From Isurus oxyrinchus (taxonomy: Eukaryota): 64,000 bases of DNA. The stretch lies in the NCBI GenBank assembly GCA_026770705.1, contig JANJGN010000009.1, forward strand, positions 61,256,001 through 61,320,000, given 5' to 3'. Below are positions 48,646 through 63,191 of this stretch, piece by piece. The position numbers and the translations under genes were made by a program. The first letter of the stretch is position 1. Every line of letters begins with the position of its first letter. The notes beneath the pieces were generated by a model that had not been told where the DNA came from, did no database searches, and worked only from the letters and a program-made list of their open reading frames with translations.

Positions 48646-51600
48646 ATAGATATTTTGGGGTTAGGACCCGGAAACGGTACAATTCTGCCCATTGTAGGCA
48701 AGGGAACATTTTAAAATATACTGTTCCGTATTAACTGTCAGAGATTCCACCCTTTAAACAAGTGGGTGGACTATGAAGCACAGAATGTCAGGAGACATTT
48801 TTAAGAACCAGCGCAATGAGAGCAGGAGAGGGCATTTTGAGCATTTCAAAACACTTAACATCGTTACTAAAGCTTTCTAAGAAATATCCAAACAGTGGCC
48901 ATAAAGGGCAAAAGGAGGTTCCTTGCCTGACCTCATGGCCTGTAATTATACATTCCGCACTGGTTGGACCCAGTATGGCAACTGCAAAATTGAAGTAAAA
49001 ATTCATGTACCTATTTACAACAGATATCTGTCAGCAAGGACGTGACCTGAAACTGTGACTGATAGAATAAATTCCACAGGGTAAATAGGATAAAAAACAA
49101 AATATCCTGAATATGGTAATCAGAGGGTAATCTAAAGACAGTTTAGTCTATATCTGGTTTGGTGGGGCCCATTCCTTTAAAATATTTTAGCTGAACTCTC
49201 ACGGATATTCTATTCATGGACATCAGAAATCTGACAGTTAGACAAACAGAGATGTTCTGAATTTGGCACAAAGCTTTAAGATTTGGTCCAAATCTTCCAA
49301 TCAGACAAAAAAATACCTATATACCTTCCTCCGATTTTTCCGGGCAATCATCAGATGGAGGTTCCTTCCAAACTGAATGAAAGCAAGAAACCTCAGAGAC
49401 ATCAGTGAAGGGAATCTGTGCAGATGCTACACCCCCTTCTTATGGCATGAGCTTCTGTATTCTGGCAAATAAGAGTTCAAATGTCCCAAAGCTTCTTTGA
49501 GATGATACAAGGGGAGGTAAGGGGGTAGGATAAATAAAGTAATTGGATAAGAGGTAGGGTGGTAGCTGTGTAGTGTGGTGAGGTTGGGTCAGGTTGAGTT
49601 GGGGGGGTCCGGTGGATGGTGAGATCGGGTCAGGTTGGGTTGGGGCTAGTCGGGGGTTGTGGGGGGAGTCAGGGGGTCAAGGAGTGGGGTCAGGGGTACG
49701 TTACAGGTCAAGGGAGGTAAGAGAGGTCAGTGTGTGTAATTGGGGAGTCAGGTGTAGTTATCCAGGTGTTAGACTAGGTTTAAATTGGTCTAAAATTTCC
49801 TGGTAAATAATTTGGAACTCTCCAAAGCCTCTGACTTGAACTCAGAGTTGGAGAACTTTTTGGAGGGTCCTGGGGAGCTGAGGAATTGACCGTCTGAAGT
49901 TTAAACTTCCTGGGCAATTCCCATGGAGCCACTGTTTTGGGGCTTCCGAGAGATCCCCTATTGCATCTTGGGCAATACTATCCAGAGACTGGAAGATCTG
50001 GGTAAAAATATAATGGCTAAATTGTGACAGATTCTATTAAATTTATTAGTTAATGCAGTTGAGATTTGGGGGAACACAAAATGTCCTGGGCATTTATACC
50101 TCCACTTCATTCATTCCTCATCACCATGTTTGGTGATGGGTCAGTGTTTATTTTTTGTAGCTGTTTCATGATTTTAAAAAGTACCAGTAAGCCTAGCATG
50201 GTGGGCTGGAATCTGATGCTCAACACTGTTGTGCTGTAGTGCTCTGATCCTCCATGGTCAGATATGTATCTGTTACCTCCAGCTGTCTAATGTATTTCTA
50301 TATTTGAAAGACAGTCCATCACTGCAGTTATGTCCATTAAGCAGTTAGAGTTATACAAAGAAATTGCCCCTGATATTTATCGCTAGCTGGAATGGTTGAG
50401 CTATGAAACTAGATTCTTGCTATAGAGCATTGTGAGATTAAGATTGTGAAATCAGTGAAAAACCTAAATATAGAAACGTTGAACCATATTTGGAGTTAAA
50501 ACAGTCCCAATTGGTAAGTAGTCACACTGATGGTAGTAATCACTATCAATGATGAGACATTGTTCAGAAAATGAAATCCCAGAAAGCTCTCTATTTTTGC
50601 AAAGGTTATATTATCCTCGCCTTTATTCTCCATTATTTTTCTTCCATCTCCTTTTACCTCACCTAATGGATAGGGTCTATCAAGTATGAAAAATGGTCTA
50701 TCAGGAAATCAGCAGTGCATCATTTTATTTGAAAGTAGATTCCAGAGGGAAAGATATTTCATTAACTATAAATCCAAGTTAGTGACCCAAGGAGGGACAG
50801 ACATGTGAATGACTATATTGGATTTTAAAACTGATAACATCCTGTTATAGGTACAAGAATGATCAATTTAATGTGTCAATGCAAAGATGGCTTAAAAACC
50901 TACTGATTTATAAGATCAGTTATTACTTAATTATCTCATGAGTTAATCTCCTCATTATAGTAGTTTGGCAATGAAAAAATTTAACTACTGCAGCTGCCTA
51001 TGTTTTGCCGCAGTGCTGTATCTAATAGTGCATGCCAATCATTAGATATGCCTTGTATGTTTTGTTTTTTATAAATTTTTATTTGTTTGGCAATTTGTTG
51101 AAAGTGTGAGCTACTCCTATCATAGAAAGGGAGATAGGACATCTGGAAGCAGAGTGAACAAGCAACTGTGTACTTCTTAACCAATCAGATTAAAAGTTTG
51201 GGAAGTAAAGAGTACAATGACTGAGAAGGCGGTGTAAATTAGAATGTGTGAATTATATAGCAAAGCAGGCACAGAAAGAGAAATAAAAGACAAATACATT
51301 TCGGATTAAGAGAGAGAAGTGGAAAGAAAAGTTTTAAAAGTTTACATTTAAAAAGTTTCATTTTTTAAAGCTCCAACAGCAAGTAAAACCTAGAGGAATC
51401 ATGCTACACACTTGTATTAGTTAATTTTCAGTGCCAGAGAGGTTGTTTTTAAGTAATTAACATTTACTGATAAAATGGCACTTAGACTTGAAATGGCTTA
51501 CCTTAACTATCTGTGGCTCTTCCATATAAACCTTGCAAATACAGCAACTTCATGCTGTTCAATGCATTTTCATTGTGAAAAAGTGAAGCTAACAGACCAC

Positions 51601-52474
51601 AACTTGGACAGCAACTTTTGGATATTCATGTTTAACCATCCATCAACTCTTCACCTAACTTTGCTTATACGTAGATAATAGCAAGGGTTCTTAGTCTCAT
51701 CATTATTTTGACAACAAATTCTGGTCCATCAAGGAAGTTTTTGTGCTGTTAAAGAGGCAATGGGTTAGATTTGAGTTTTGCAGTTAATGGACTGAAAATC
51801 GTATGGATTCTATAAAGGGCTGATCAATTGCTCTACCAGCAGTGCAGATGAAAACCTATGCATGTGAAGCCAATGTTCCTAGAATCCCACTCTCCCCGGA
51901 TAATGAAAAGGAGAAGCCTAGGGCTAGAAAAAAGTGGGAGGAAGGTGGATTGCAGCTTGAGAGTGCTGCAGCTGTGTGTCAGACCTCTAACCTCAGAGAG
52001 CCACAGTTCAAGACTACCTGCATGTTCCAGAAGAAAGCCCCACTTATTTCTTGTGGCTGTCTTTACCTTTCTGCTTAATGTCATCAGATCCATTGATCTA
52101 CAGAACTTACTGTTCCAGACTCATGCAGCACCTTGGAGACTTCTCTCCCCAACCCCCTAACACCTTTGCACCACAGAAAGCTGTAGAAATCCTAGAGCAA
52201 TAAAAAAAGGGTTAGTGACCTAGCACAATAAATCTCCACCCAACTTTCTGATTTTCTGCCTGAGAATGGAACCTGCTCAACACAATGATCATTAAAATCA
52301 GTCTCAGTAGTCCCAAAGTAGGAGAACCAGTTCTTCTTAAGAAAATATACTTGTGCAGATTTTTCAACCCAATGTATATCATGTGAATCTAACCAATTAA
52401 GTTGACAGAAATCTACTTTTCTTATATATACCAAAGTTATATTATATACCATTTTTAAAAAGCAAAGGGCAGAT

Positions 52475-52963
52475 TGCGGTGTGTAGCGGTAATATCACTG
52501 GACTAGTACCTAGAGGCCCAGACTAATGCTCAGGAGACTTGGGTTCAAATCTCATCACAGCAGCTGGTGGAATGTAAATTCAAATACATTCAGAAAATCT
52601 GGAATATAAAGCTAGTCTCAGTAATGTTGACCTTGACAACTATCATTTATTGTTGTAAAAATCTATCCGATTCACTAATGTCCTTTACGGAAGCAAATCT
52701 GACATCCTTACCTGATCTGGCCTATATGACTGCAGATCCACAGCAAAGTAATTGACCCTTAATAAAAATAAAAATCAGTTTTCAATGGGTCCATCCTTCA
52801 ATGGAAATTTGAAATGGTCCAGTTGAGCTACTCCCAGCTGGCCAGTTGAGCTGTTCCCAGTTGGCCACTTGAGCAATAGCAGGCCACTCAATTCAAGGGT
52901 AATTAGGGATGGACAACAAATGCTGGCCCTGCCATTGACACCCACATCCCATTAAAAATAAAA
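52475..52963 (+). mobile_element. tRNA-derived SINE with A-rich tail
   Basis: A-box-like TGTAGCGGTAA, B box GGTTCAAATCT, 3' tail ATGCTGGCCCTGCC..CACATCCCATTAAAAATAAAAA. Confidence 0.75.
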
Positions 52964-53359
52964 AGGACCCTACACTCCTGTGTTCTTCATTTTGATTAGC
53001 GTTGCCAAGTTTTAATGAATCATTACTTACTCACAGTGAACGTTTTGCATCATTTAGTACCCAAACTTGTTTCTTGTGGCCACACAAAATGCTGACCTGA
53101 TTTCTGACAAGGCAGGTTCAGTTATTTTTTACTTCTTCCCAGATTGACTTTGAATATGTTTCTTTTTCCACATTTTTTGAAATTACTTTCCAATGTCATA
53201 CATTTCCTGATTTATCAACTTTAAATGTATCCTTTTTATAGTCTTGCAAAACCCGGCCTGTAGTGGACAAATTCATGACAGCCAAAAAATTCTGTCCATA
53301 CATAGTAGGATTTAGCATTCAGTTTGAGAGTGAGAAACTTGGGTTGGAAACAACTGTGC

Positions 53360-54900
53360 ATTGTAACTACCCTTAAATAAGGGTAATTTTAAAGGAATGA
53401 GGGCAGAGTTGGCAGGAGTGGACTTGGAAAGGAGCTAAGCAGAAACGACAATTGATGGACAATGGCGGGCAGTTAATAGTTCATGGCTCACAACAAAGAT
53501 ACATCCCAGTGAGGAAAAGGGGTTCTAGGAAGGGGATAAACCACTCCTGTTTAACCAAGGAAGTTAAGGAAGTATCAAATTGAAAGAAAAAACATACAAT
53601 GGCAAAGATTAATGGGAAGCCAGAGGATTAGGAAAGTTTTAAAAACCAACAAAAGATGACCAAAAAAGTAAAGAAGAGGGAGAAAATAAATTTTGAGGGT
53701 AAACTAGCAAGTAATATAAAAATGGACGTAAGAGATTCTTTAAATATATAAATAGGAAGAGAGAGGCCAAAGTGAACATATGCCTCTTAGAGAATGAGGC
53801 TGGGAAAATATTATAGGGGAACCAGGAAATGGCAGGGGAGTTGAATAAATACTTTGCATCAGTGTTCACGGTAGAAGACATTAATAGCCTTCCAAAAATA
53901 CTAAATAATCCAGGGGAAAAAGTGGGGGTGAGGAAATAAATGCAATAACTATCACTAGAGATAAAGTACTAGGGAGACCAATGGGGCTAAAGGCCAATAA
54001 GTCACCTGGACCTGATGAGTTGCATCCTAGGATGTTAAAGGACATGTACAGAGGTAGTGAATACACTGGTGGTAATCTTCCAGGAAACCTTAGATTCTGG
54101 GAAAGTTCTAGAGGATTGGAAAACTGGCAATGTAACACCCTTATTGAAAAAGGGGCGGAGACAAAAAATCGGCCAGTTAGCTTAACATCATTATTGGGAA
54201 AATGTTAGAGTCTATTAAAAAGGACTTAATAGCAGAGCATTCAGAAATGTGTAATATAATCAAGCAGAATAAGCATGGCTTCATGAAGAGGAAATCATGC
54301 CTGATAAATTTATTAGAAATCTTTGAGTAGGTCATGAGCAGGATAGATAAAGGGAGACCAACAGATGTAATATATTTGGATTTCCAAAATGTGTTTGATT
54401 AGATACCGCACATGAGGCTACTTGATAAGATAAGAGCCCATAATGATGGGGTAGTAAATTAGCATGGATAGAGGATTGGCTAACTAACAGAAGACAGAGA
54501 GATGGGATAAGAGAGGTCATCTTCAGGATGGCAACTGTAACTAGTGGACTACCACAGGGATCAGTGCTAGGGCCACAATTATTTACAATATGTATTAATG
54601 ACTTGGATGAGGGACATGAATGTACTATTGCCAAGTTTGCAGTTGACACAAAAATAGGTGGGACGATAAGTGGTATAGATGACACAAAGAGTCAACAGAG
54701 GGAGATAGGCAGATTAAGTGAATGGGAAAAATCTTGGCAGATAAAATATAATGTGGAAAAATGTGAAGTTATGCACTTTGGCAGGAAGAATAGAAGAACT
54801 GGATAGCTGAATATTATTTAAATGGAGAAAGACTGCAGAAGGCTACAGCACAGAGGGATTTGGGGGTCCTCAAGTATGAATCCCAAAAAGCTAGCATACA
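53360..54900 (+). mobile_element. CR1 ORF2 fragment (RT)
   Basis: LKANKSPGPDELHPRMLK, RPVSLTS, VTSGLPQGSVLGPQLFTICINDL, KFAVDTK. Confidence 0.9.
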
Positions 54901-55185
54901 GCATGACCAAGCTTCCTTGTGGATTTAATCTACCTGACACACATCATCTGCAAAATGCAGTTTGTTGTATGGCCCAACTAGAGTGACTGAACTTTGATGG
55001 ACTTAAGAAAATAAGTTAATCACTAATTCACTTAGATTTATTTAAAACACATCTTAAATCACATTACACTTTTAAAAAATCATGTTGTAGAAATATTTGG
55101 AATTATCCTAGTAGATATCATCTTTGTAGTTAACAAAATGTTCAACTCTTATTGACAATCCTGGTCAAACAGGTTTGAACTGATA

Positions 55186-55784
55186 GGCCAGAGTTTTTGG
55201 CTCGGCGAGTGGGAGCAGGGCCCGCTCGCTGAGATGTAAAATGACGCATGGTGACATTGGGCAGGCTTCCCCAAGTCCCTGCACGTCATTTAGATTTTCA
55301 GTTTGATGGGTGCATAGCTGAGTCGGCTGTGCGCCCACCGAACTGTCAAAGGCCTATTAAGGCCAGTTAGATGTCAATTAAAGTAATAAACTGAGCTGCC
55401 CGTCCAACCTTAAGGTCAGCAGGCAGGCGAAGAGCCCAGGCAGTCTTCACGTTTTTCATGGAACCTCATCCACAGGCGGGATGAGGTTTCATGAAGGGTT
55501 TATAAATGAAATATTTTTTTCATTAATTTTCCTTGACATGTCCCAGCTCATGTGGCACTGTCACATGAGGGGACATGGCTTAAAATATTTTCTTTTCTTT
55601 ATTTAAATTTTTAAACCTTCAACTAATCTCCTTGAGGCACCTCCATGCATGTTACACTGGGTGGGCCTTAATTGGCCCGCCCACATAAAATTGTGGTGCG
55701 GATCTGATCGGGCGCACCAATCGGGTTTGCATCTGCTCCTGCCCACCTGCGCACAGCCCCCCTGAGGGGGGGAACATTCTCCCC
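55186..55784 (+). mobile_element. Harbinger-like MITE
   Basis: Same family as 16858-17676; internal palindrome GAACCTCATCC..GGATGAGGTTTC. Confidence 0.7.
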
Positions 55785-55891
55785 ATGAGCTTTAGTTGTA
55801 TGTTTGTTCCTTTTCGCCTGATATTGAATTAATTATTTCTCTTTCTTTATCCTTACAAGTTCAACTCTGCCTGTAGATAGCTTCAAAATAC

Positions 55892-56813
55892 TGTTATGAC
55901 GTGGCAGGTGATGTGTGCCAGGTGGACCAAATCCACAAGGAAACTTGGCCATGCTGTCACAACAGTTTTGCAATTTGTATTTATTATGAGAAGATGTGTG
56001 CACTGAATTCAGAAGTGATGAGCTCACTAAGACCTTCAGAGATTTTTAAAAATAAATTAAAATATTAATTAACAAAATAAAAGATTTTAAGCACATACAT
56101 AAGATTATAATTACTTAATACTATAACAAATCCTAAAATTCCTAATTAATCTGACTCCTAATTACACACCCCCTTTAAGGCAACAGTTCAAAATAGATCT
56201 TAAATTTAAAAAACAAACCAGCAAGTTACCAAAGTCCTTATTTGGCAGTGGAATTCCCAAAGGCTTTTCTCTACCTTTAGTTACTGGACACAACAGACTT
56301 AAATGGCTGGAGGCTTGTTGAAGGCTGTTTCACACACTCTAGTTAGACCTTACATGGCCCCCCAACATAGCCTTTCATTCCCCTTTATATATGCTTCGCT
56401 CTAGTTAATCTGTAAACTCCATATGTCTTTGGAAATGTACCTTTCCCATAATATAAAAACTTCCATGTTGCCAATATTGTCAGTAACTTTTAGGAAAAAT
56501 AATCACACTGGTTGGCCTTGCTTATCTGGCTAGTTGTAAACATCCTAACATCCCTTTGAAAACCAGACAATACCTTCACTTATCTAAAAATACAAGTTTC
56601 CTTTACATCTTACATGCCAATCTCATCCATGTTTAGTTATTAGCATTTCAAGTACACTTCTACCTCTAACTTATTTTGATAATTTCAAATTTGCAGCCTA
56701 CCTGACACCAAATGTAATTAAATCACACAGACAGAACCATCTACACTCGCACCCATAGATGAACTTGACAATAAACCAGAATAATATTATGACAATGATT
56801 ATACTTTCATAAT
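55892..56813 (-). mobile_element. Probable solo LTR
   Basis: Begins TGTTATGA (the reverse complement of the end of the 44153-44900 LTR); colinear with 63192-64000. Confidence 0.65.
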
Positions 56814-58429
56814 GATGCATGTAGCTAAAGTCCTGAATTGTTAGAGTTCATGGACATTTTTTGATTAGTACATCATTTGGCATCTTATCCTATCTGATCC
56901 ACAGCCATATACAGTCAAGGAAAAAGATTAGGAACAATCTGTTTTAAGATCATGGAGCAAAATTTACTCTCACTATCTGGTACTGAATCAGGGATTGCTA
57001 AACAATGGGCAAATTATCCTACTCATTCACTACCTCTGCTGTTTTCAATCTGCTGATTGAGTAAAGATAAGAAAAAGTAGTAGGTAAAATAGTGTTATTT
57101 CAATAACAGATTGCAAAGTGGTTTATTTTTGTTATACACTACATTGCTGTGATATACTTGGGAACAAATTACCTTCTGATCACACGGAAAGCCTTAGTTG
57201 TTAGTGACGTCTAATATATCAATATAGGAAGATAATCTGACAAGTTTCAGCAAAATAATGATAGAGATATAATGAATGATAACTTGAGTGGCTCAGGCCA
57301 ACAATTAATCATCAGTTCTTGTCCCACTTTATTAGCCGACCTGAAATGTCAAGGACAAATCAGCTCTGTGTGAAACAAATGATGTCAGTGTCTCTTACAC
57401 CTTGAGAAGTGGTATCATTCCACAGAATGCAGCAGGCAATTTTCTTTAACTTTAGCATCTCTGCGATATACTGGCCTAAAATTCATTCAATAAGCCCAAG
57501 GCTCAACCAATATTGAGCCCCAAGCTTCATTAACATCAGACGAGGGAGCTGCAGACACTTCTTGGCATCCATAAGACCTTTGAAATTTCTGTCTGCAGGA
57601 GTAATTTGCAGGAAAGTCTTAAACTGGGTTTACATTCAGGAGAGGTTAGGATAGGGGGGGTGGTGATTGGGATATTGGATTGGATGAGAGGACAGGGATA
57701 GTAAGCATTTAGGACACTGGAATGAGGTACAATCAGTGAGGGGTTCAATAAAAGCTGGGAATATCTCAAGAAGCCCTGCTCCTCCCAGGTCCATATTCAG
57801 ATGTGTTTATTTAAAACCTACCCTTTGGGTGGCAGCCTCCAGTGATCCGTTTAAGGACCCCTTGTTAGGCTATGTGTAGACCAGGCTTTCTAGCACTGGC
57901 TGCTTTCTGGGCAGCCGAATTTTGGATAAAAAGACATTAAGCTCATTACATACATATTCAAAGTAGGTGCTTCCTATTTCAGTGTGCACCTGGAATGCCT
58001 ATTTTGTCTAGTCAGTATGGCAGGTTGGAGCTATTTTAACTCATAATGAGCACATATTTCCTGTGGATGAGTGGTTAAGATGATGGATTTAAAATTGTTT
58101 GCGGTCTCCCCATGCAGTTTCAAATCTTGTCAATTATGCTGCTCGCTGTTCTTTCTGTTAGATGCCTCTAGAATTAATTTAAAAAAAAATATATTGGAAA
58201 CTTAGGTGTCCATTTCAAATTCGTAGGCCTTTGTGTTTCATTTTTCAGAAGATACATTCAGGGAATGGGCATTGTCAAAAGCATTAAGCTGCTCAAAAAT
58301 TTGTGATGATATTGCAGGTTTTAGTTTGGATGGCCTGGACATTCATTGATTGCGGTGTAAGAGTCGTTCCACATTTTTCCAAGAAAATTCATGCATAACT
58401 GGATTACAACAATTTGATGCTGGAACATT

Positions 58430-59691
58430 GGGTGGAATCTTCCCAGAATTGCACTGAGTGCGGTAGCAGGCAGGCAAAACGAGGTTTTACCCACTAGTCT
58501 CAATGGCAGGTTTACACACCGTATCATCCCAAACCCATCGCATTAGTTACACATTCCAGGGAAACATGATGTTTCGATGGTGGGTGGGCTCTCATTCGCC
58601 CGCCACATCATCACCTTGTCGCTTCATCATGCCGGGCGCCATATTTAAAGTCCAGCCACTCACACATATCTCAGTATTTCCAGACCACCACTACTGCAGG
58701 GAATATGTCCATGAAAGGCAAAAACACTGCAGCCCCCAGATTTAGTGGCACATCACTGGAATGCATTTTGGGCACCATGGAGGCCTATTACGATATCCTT
58801 TACCCTTGCTCTGGCCACAAGATAGGCAGCGGTGTGACCAACCAGGCATGGAAAGCGGTGGCAATGGTGATCAGTGCCAATGCTGCACAAAAGAGGTTGG
58901 CCATCCAATGCAGATAGAGGATGAATAATCTCATCTGTGCAGCCAGAGTATGGCAGCCATCTCATCACTCTAAACTCACACAATCAAGCCCATCACACAT
59001 TCACTGGCATCTCATTCACTGTCAGCTCAGGGGATGTCACCACCCATTCTCACACATATACCCTCACATGTACATCTGGCCGCATCTCCTCTGGAGCCTG
59101 CCTCCTCAGCCCTTACCATCTTGAGGCCACTTGCACAGATCAAAATGTGCCCCCACAAACACCCTAGGTTACCCTCCTTGTCCTGCAGCCTCTTCCCTTG
59201 CCTGAGGCCACTTCTCCCCATTTGCCAAGCAAGACCTTGCCCTGCAGCCATTGAAAAGCCACCCACATAAGGCTGATCTGATAGGTGACCTGCCGTGACC
59301 CTCCCCCCCCAAAAAAAAAGCGATGTGGTGCTGTCTGTGAAGCCTGGCCCTGATGACTGTGAGTACTGATCGAAGCAAGGTAGGCAAACAAACCTTGAAG
59401 TCCCAAGTGAAGTGCAGCCATCCATGTGCACACTGCTTTTGTGCTGTCCTGAAACATGTCGGCGTGTTTCTCACCAACATGGGCAGACAATCCAGCGGGG
59501 GCAGGGGACAATTCTGGTTGACTGGCCTAATAATGATATGCAGATGAATTACTATGAGGTTCCCAATGTCCGAAGGTGGGCCGAGCGGATGATCACACAT
59601 TGCTTTCACACCGCTGTGAAACCGATTGTGGCATATTGTTTGTTCAAGCCACCAAGCAAGCCTGATGCGGCAGGCACTGAAAATCCCAGCC
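58430..59691 (+). mobile_element. Non-autonomous Harbinger-type DNA transposon with Myb/SANT relic
   Basis: Ends GGGTGGAATCTT / AAAATCCCAGCC; 3-bp TSD ATT; 58705-58950 encodes APRFSGTSLECILGTME..NQAWKAVAMVISA....RLAIQCR*RMNNL. Confidence 0.78.
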
Positions 59692-61499
59692 ATTCCTGCG
59701 CGCAAATTTTATCAATCATCTGTGTAGCTCCTGAGTTATATCTGCCAAAACTCCACTTGGTTTATTAACATAGCTCTGCTCCATGCAAATAACAGAGAAC
59801 ATGAGTTTCCTGAAATTGATGCCAGTTCTGAACAGCTGTCTTTTGATACATAAAATTTTAGGCGCAGTAGAACCTGAAGCCATTATTTTTGACATTTTGC
59901 AGCAATTGTTTTCTTTTATTTTTCTTTATTGAAACTTGCTCTCTATTTACCATTTCTTTGAATGCTGGTAATAGCATGAGAATCTGTTGCGGTAATAGGG
60001 GAAAAACTTCCACAGTTGCATTTTCTTAAACATGCTTTTTGTAATTTATCTAAATATCAGTTTGATGGTATGAAACTTTATCTTATTCATGTTATAAAAT
60101 TTAATGAGGGACTTAAAGAAGGATGATGGTGTATGTCCCAAGCTATCCTGAGGCTCCAATTCTTTATGCTGATTACAACTTGCTTAATGCAATTTTTATA
60201 TTTTGACATATTCCAATGTGATCCTCAAGAAATTTGGGGATCAGCAAATTTAACTTAGAACCCCACGATAATTTCTGCATGAGTACGGCAAATGTACGAC
60301 CTGGGAAATTTGAGGCTAACCTGTCTTAATTCTGTGGCATACTCCATAATACTGTATGAATGCATTTTCTTTGATCAGTGCCCATATTTGTTCATATTTT
60401 TCATATTTGGCATTTGTTAATTTCATTAATGTAATTTAGCCTGCCACATTTTTAAATAGAAATTTTAAACATCCACTGGGTGTAGGATAGCCCATAGCTA
60501 TTTTTGAAATCAATTTATTTCTCTGCAGCTTGTAATACATAGACATAAGCATTTAATGTTATCAGTTTCAAGGTTTAATTAAAACTTACCCAGTATCTCA
60601 TAATAGTCCCATTTTTAAATGATGGGATATACATTAATACATAAATTCATCATAGATTTAGTCACTGGAAACAATTCATTTTAAGGCACAACCATTATAG
60701 ATTGGTTTTCTCAAAGACCTAGTTTTAATGGTTTTGCTTAGATAATAATAGTTGTGCAAATTCATTTATGACCATTATAACAGCTATTAAATATTTCATA
60801 TTTATTCAAATGCTGTTTTGAAAAAAAGCATGAGGGATGATTTTGAGGGTCCTGGCTCCACGAAACCATTTGTACAATTTCATTTTGTCTTTTCTTTTCA
60901 CAGAGCTTCTTCAACTAGTTTTGTCAGACGGTTGAAACTTATTCTGAGTTCAGGACAAAAAAAAGGACTATTTAAGGTTTCTTGTTTAGATTGATTTCAC
61001 TGCTGGGCATCTCCTGTCATTTACGCAGTTTCTCCAATTTCTATTGTTGCAATGTTTATTAATAATTACATGGAAGCATTAACAAAAATGGAACTATCTA
61101 TGTAATAACAAGTCACTGTGTAAATTCCTTTTTCCTCATGTCACTTCTAGTCGTTTCCCCAATTATTATAAATCTATGCCTCTCGGTTACCAATCCTTCT
61201 GCTACTGCAAACAGTTACTCCTTTTTCACTCTATCAAAACTATTCATGAGTTTCAACACATCTATCGAACCTTCCGTGCTATTAAGAGAACAATGCCAGC
61301 TTCTCCAGGCTGTATTTTTAAAATTTTCTGCCTCACTTCCACTATGTTCTCAGCAACCATACAGTCCTAAAGGAGATTCTCATAAGCTTGATTAGACATT
61401 ATACAGCTTTCCAGAATCAACATAAAGTTCTACAATTTCAGATCATAATTGCGATCCCCATTATTTCGATAGCAGCTGTATTGGTTTTGATTTTGCTAT

Positions 61500-61795
61500 T
61501 CCCATTTATACCTCCTTCCTTGCTTGTTTATTTGTCCCAATAACATTTGCTTTTGCCTTCCATCATTATTCATTTTGTCATCTAATCTCTCTTGCTTACA
61601 CAGACCTTCCTTTTGCTCCTTCCCCCCTCCCCTTTCCCTGCCTCGAACTCACTTAAAAACTGTTACATCTCTAACATATTCCAGTTCTGGGGAAAGGTCC
61701 CAGTCTTTGAATTGGCTCAGCCTCTGTTTTGCCCTTCACAGATGCTGTGATGTTGCCTGACCTGTTGAATATTCCCAGCATTTTCTGTTTCAACT
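61500..61795 (+). repeat. Old PLE 3'UTR/pseudo-LTR fragment
   Basis: Reverse-similar to 21870-22050; CAGATGCTG..GACCTGTTGAATATTCCCAGCATTTTCTG. Confidence 0.65.
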
Positions 61796-63191
61796 GCAGC
61801 TTTTCTAGTCCCTCCACATAACTGTAGTCTTATAGACCTGGTACCTTCTAATTCACACAGGCACTTGCTTGCATTGTTACAGTATCCGCTGCCAGCTTGG
61901 CCACCTTGGTTATCATTTTTTAGGCATGTCCCAAAGGACTAAATTCTTTACTCTTTTGTATCACATCCATAGCTGGCACTTTTACCAAGTCTAAAATCAG
62001 ATGTGGGACTGGGATTACCAGCTTTGGAAGTAAACAGAGGAATATGATCCCTCGTATTTTCTGGTGTGTTATAAGGCACTTAATTATAAATTATGACTGT
62101 GGACACATTTCATTCATTGCATCCTTACATGTGCAACTTTCAGTTCATCTAAACCTCTGTCCTTCTGAATGCTGCCCTGTATCTATGAACAGAAGTTGAA
62201 AGTGTTGGGATAAAATCCAGAAATCATCAGACTGATCTGAGGAACAGATCAATGAGTTTACATTGTGTAGAGCTGTACTCTGTGCAGACCTCTTCAATTA
62301 ATAGAAAATATTGAGGTGACTCTGTAGCAGCTCTTGTGTTCTAAACACAAAAGAAGAAGTCACTCTGCGACCTTTTCATGAACCATCTCTATCATTATTT
62401 TCCTTCATTTTCACATTCATAAGTGAATCTGGCCATTTTAGCAACATTTGAGATGGCTTCCTCCCTACATCATCATAAGAATCCCGAAGGACTCCTGCAA
62501 GTTTCATGCACTTCTATCGATTAATAAAAAGCTTGAATGTTTGTAAATGTATTGATTTTTGAGAAGAAAAACACATTTTTAGAATGAGAAGGAATGTTTT
62601 TCTTTCTTTCTTTCTTCACAGCCAGAGATGAAAAGTGAGATTCAAAGTGCATTGTTCAGTCACTGCAATGGTTTCTGGCCCAAGTCTTAGCTCAATGGCA
62701 TTTACACTAAAATAAATGTCATTTGGTATGAGATATCTGGACAGTAGCATTTGATGCTCCTTTAAAATTTGGGTTTTGGCTTGTATATAGACCTTTTATG
62801 AAGACTTCCCTTAGAAACTTTAGAATCAGTCTGGATAGTGGATTAATGAAAGATAGCTGATTGACATTTTGTAAACTTACAGGGACAAAAAGGACAAAAC
62901 TAATTGTACTGCAACCTTATCATGGCCAAATATCATTAAAAACCACTGTGCTTTTGTTGTGTGTATATTTGATTTGTATCAACAGCTATATTACTTCATT
63001 GCACCTGAATATTGTAACCTGTCATGAATTATTTACCAATAAGACATGTGTTTGCTCATTTATGCCTAGTTATCCATATGAAGAACAACACTCAACTCAA
63101 CCATATTTTCTGCTGCCTTGTTTGTCTTTCTTATTCCTGATATGACTTGCATTTTAAAATTTGCTTGTGGTTATTATATTCCTAAGAAAAT

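Noticed and set aside
51833-52160. Three overlapping 78-100 aa ORFs
   Set aside because: No recognisable domain and no convincing splice donor
58249-58356. Candidate exon with in-frame TGA (possible selenocysteine)
   Set aside because: Ambiguous donor, no SECIS or homology evidence; most likely chance
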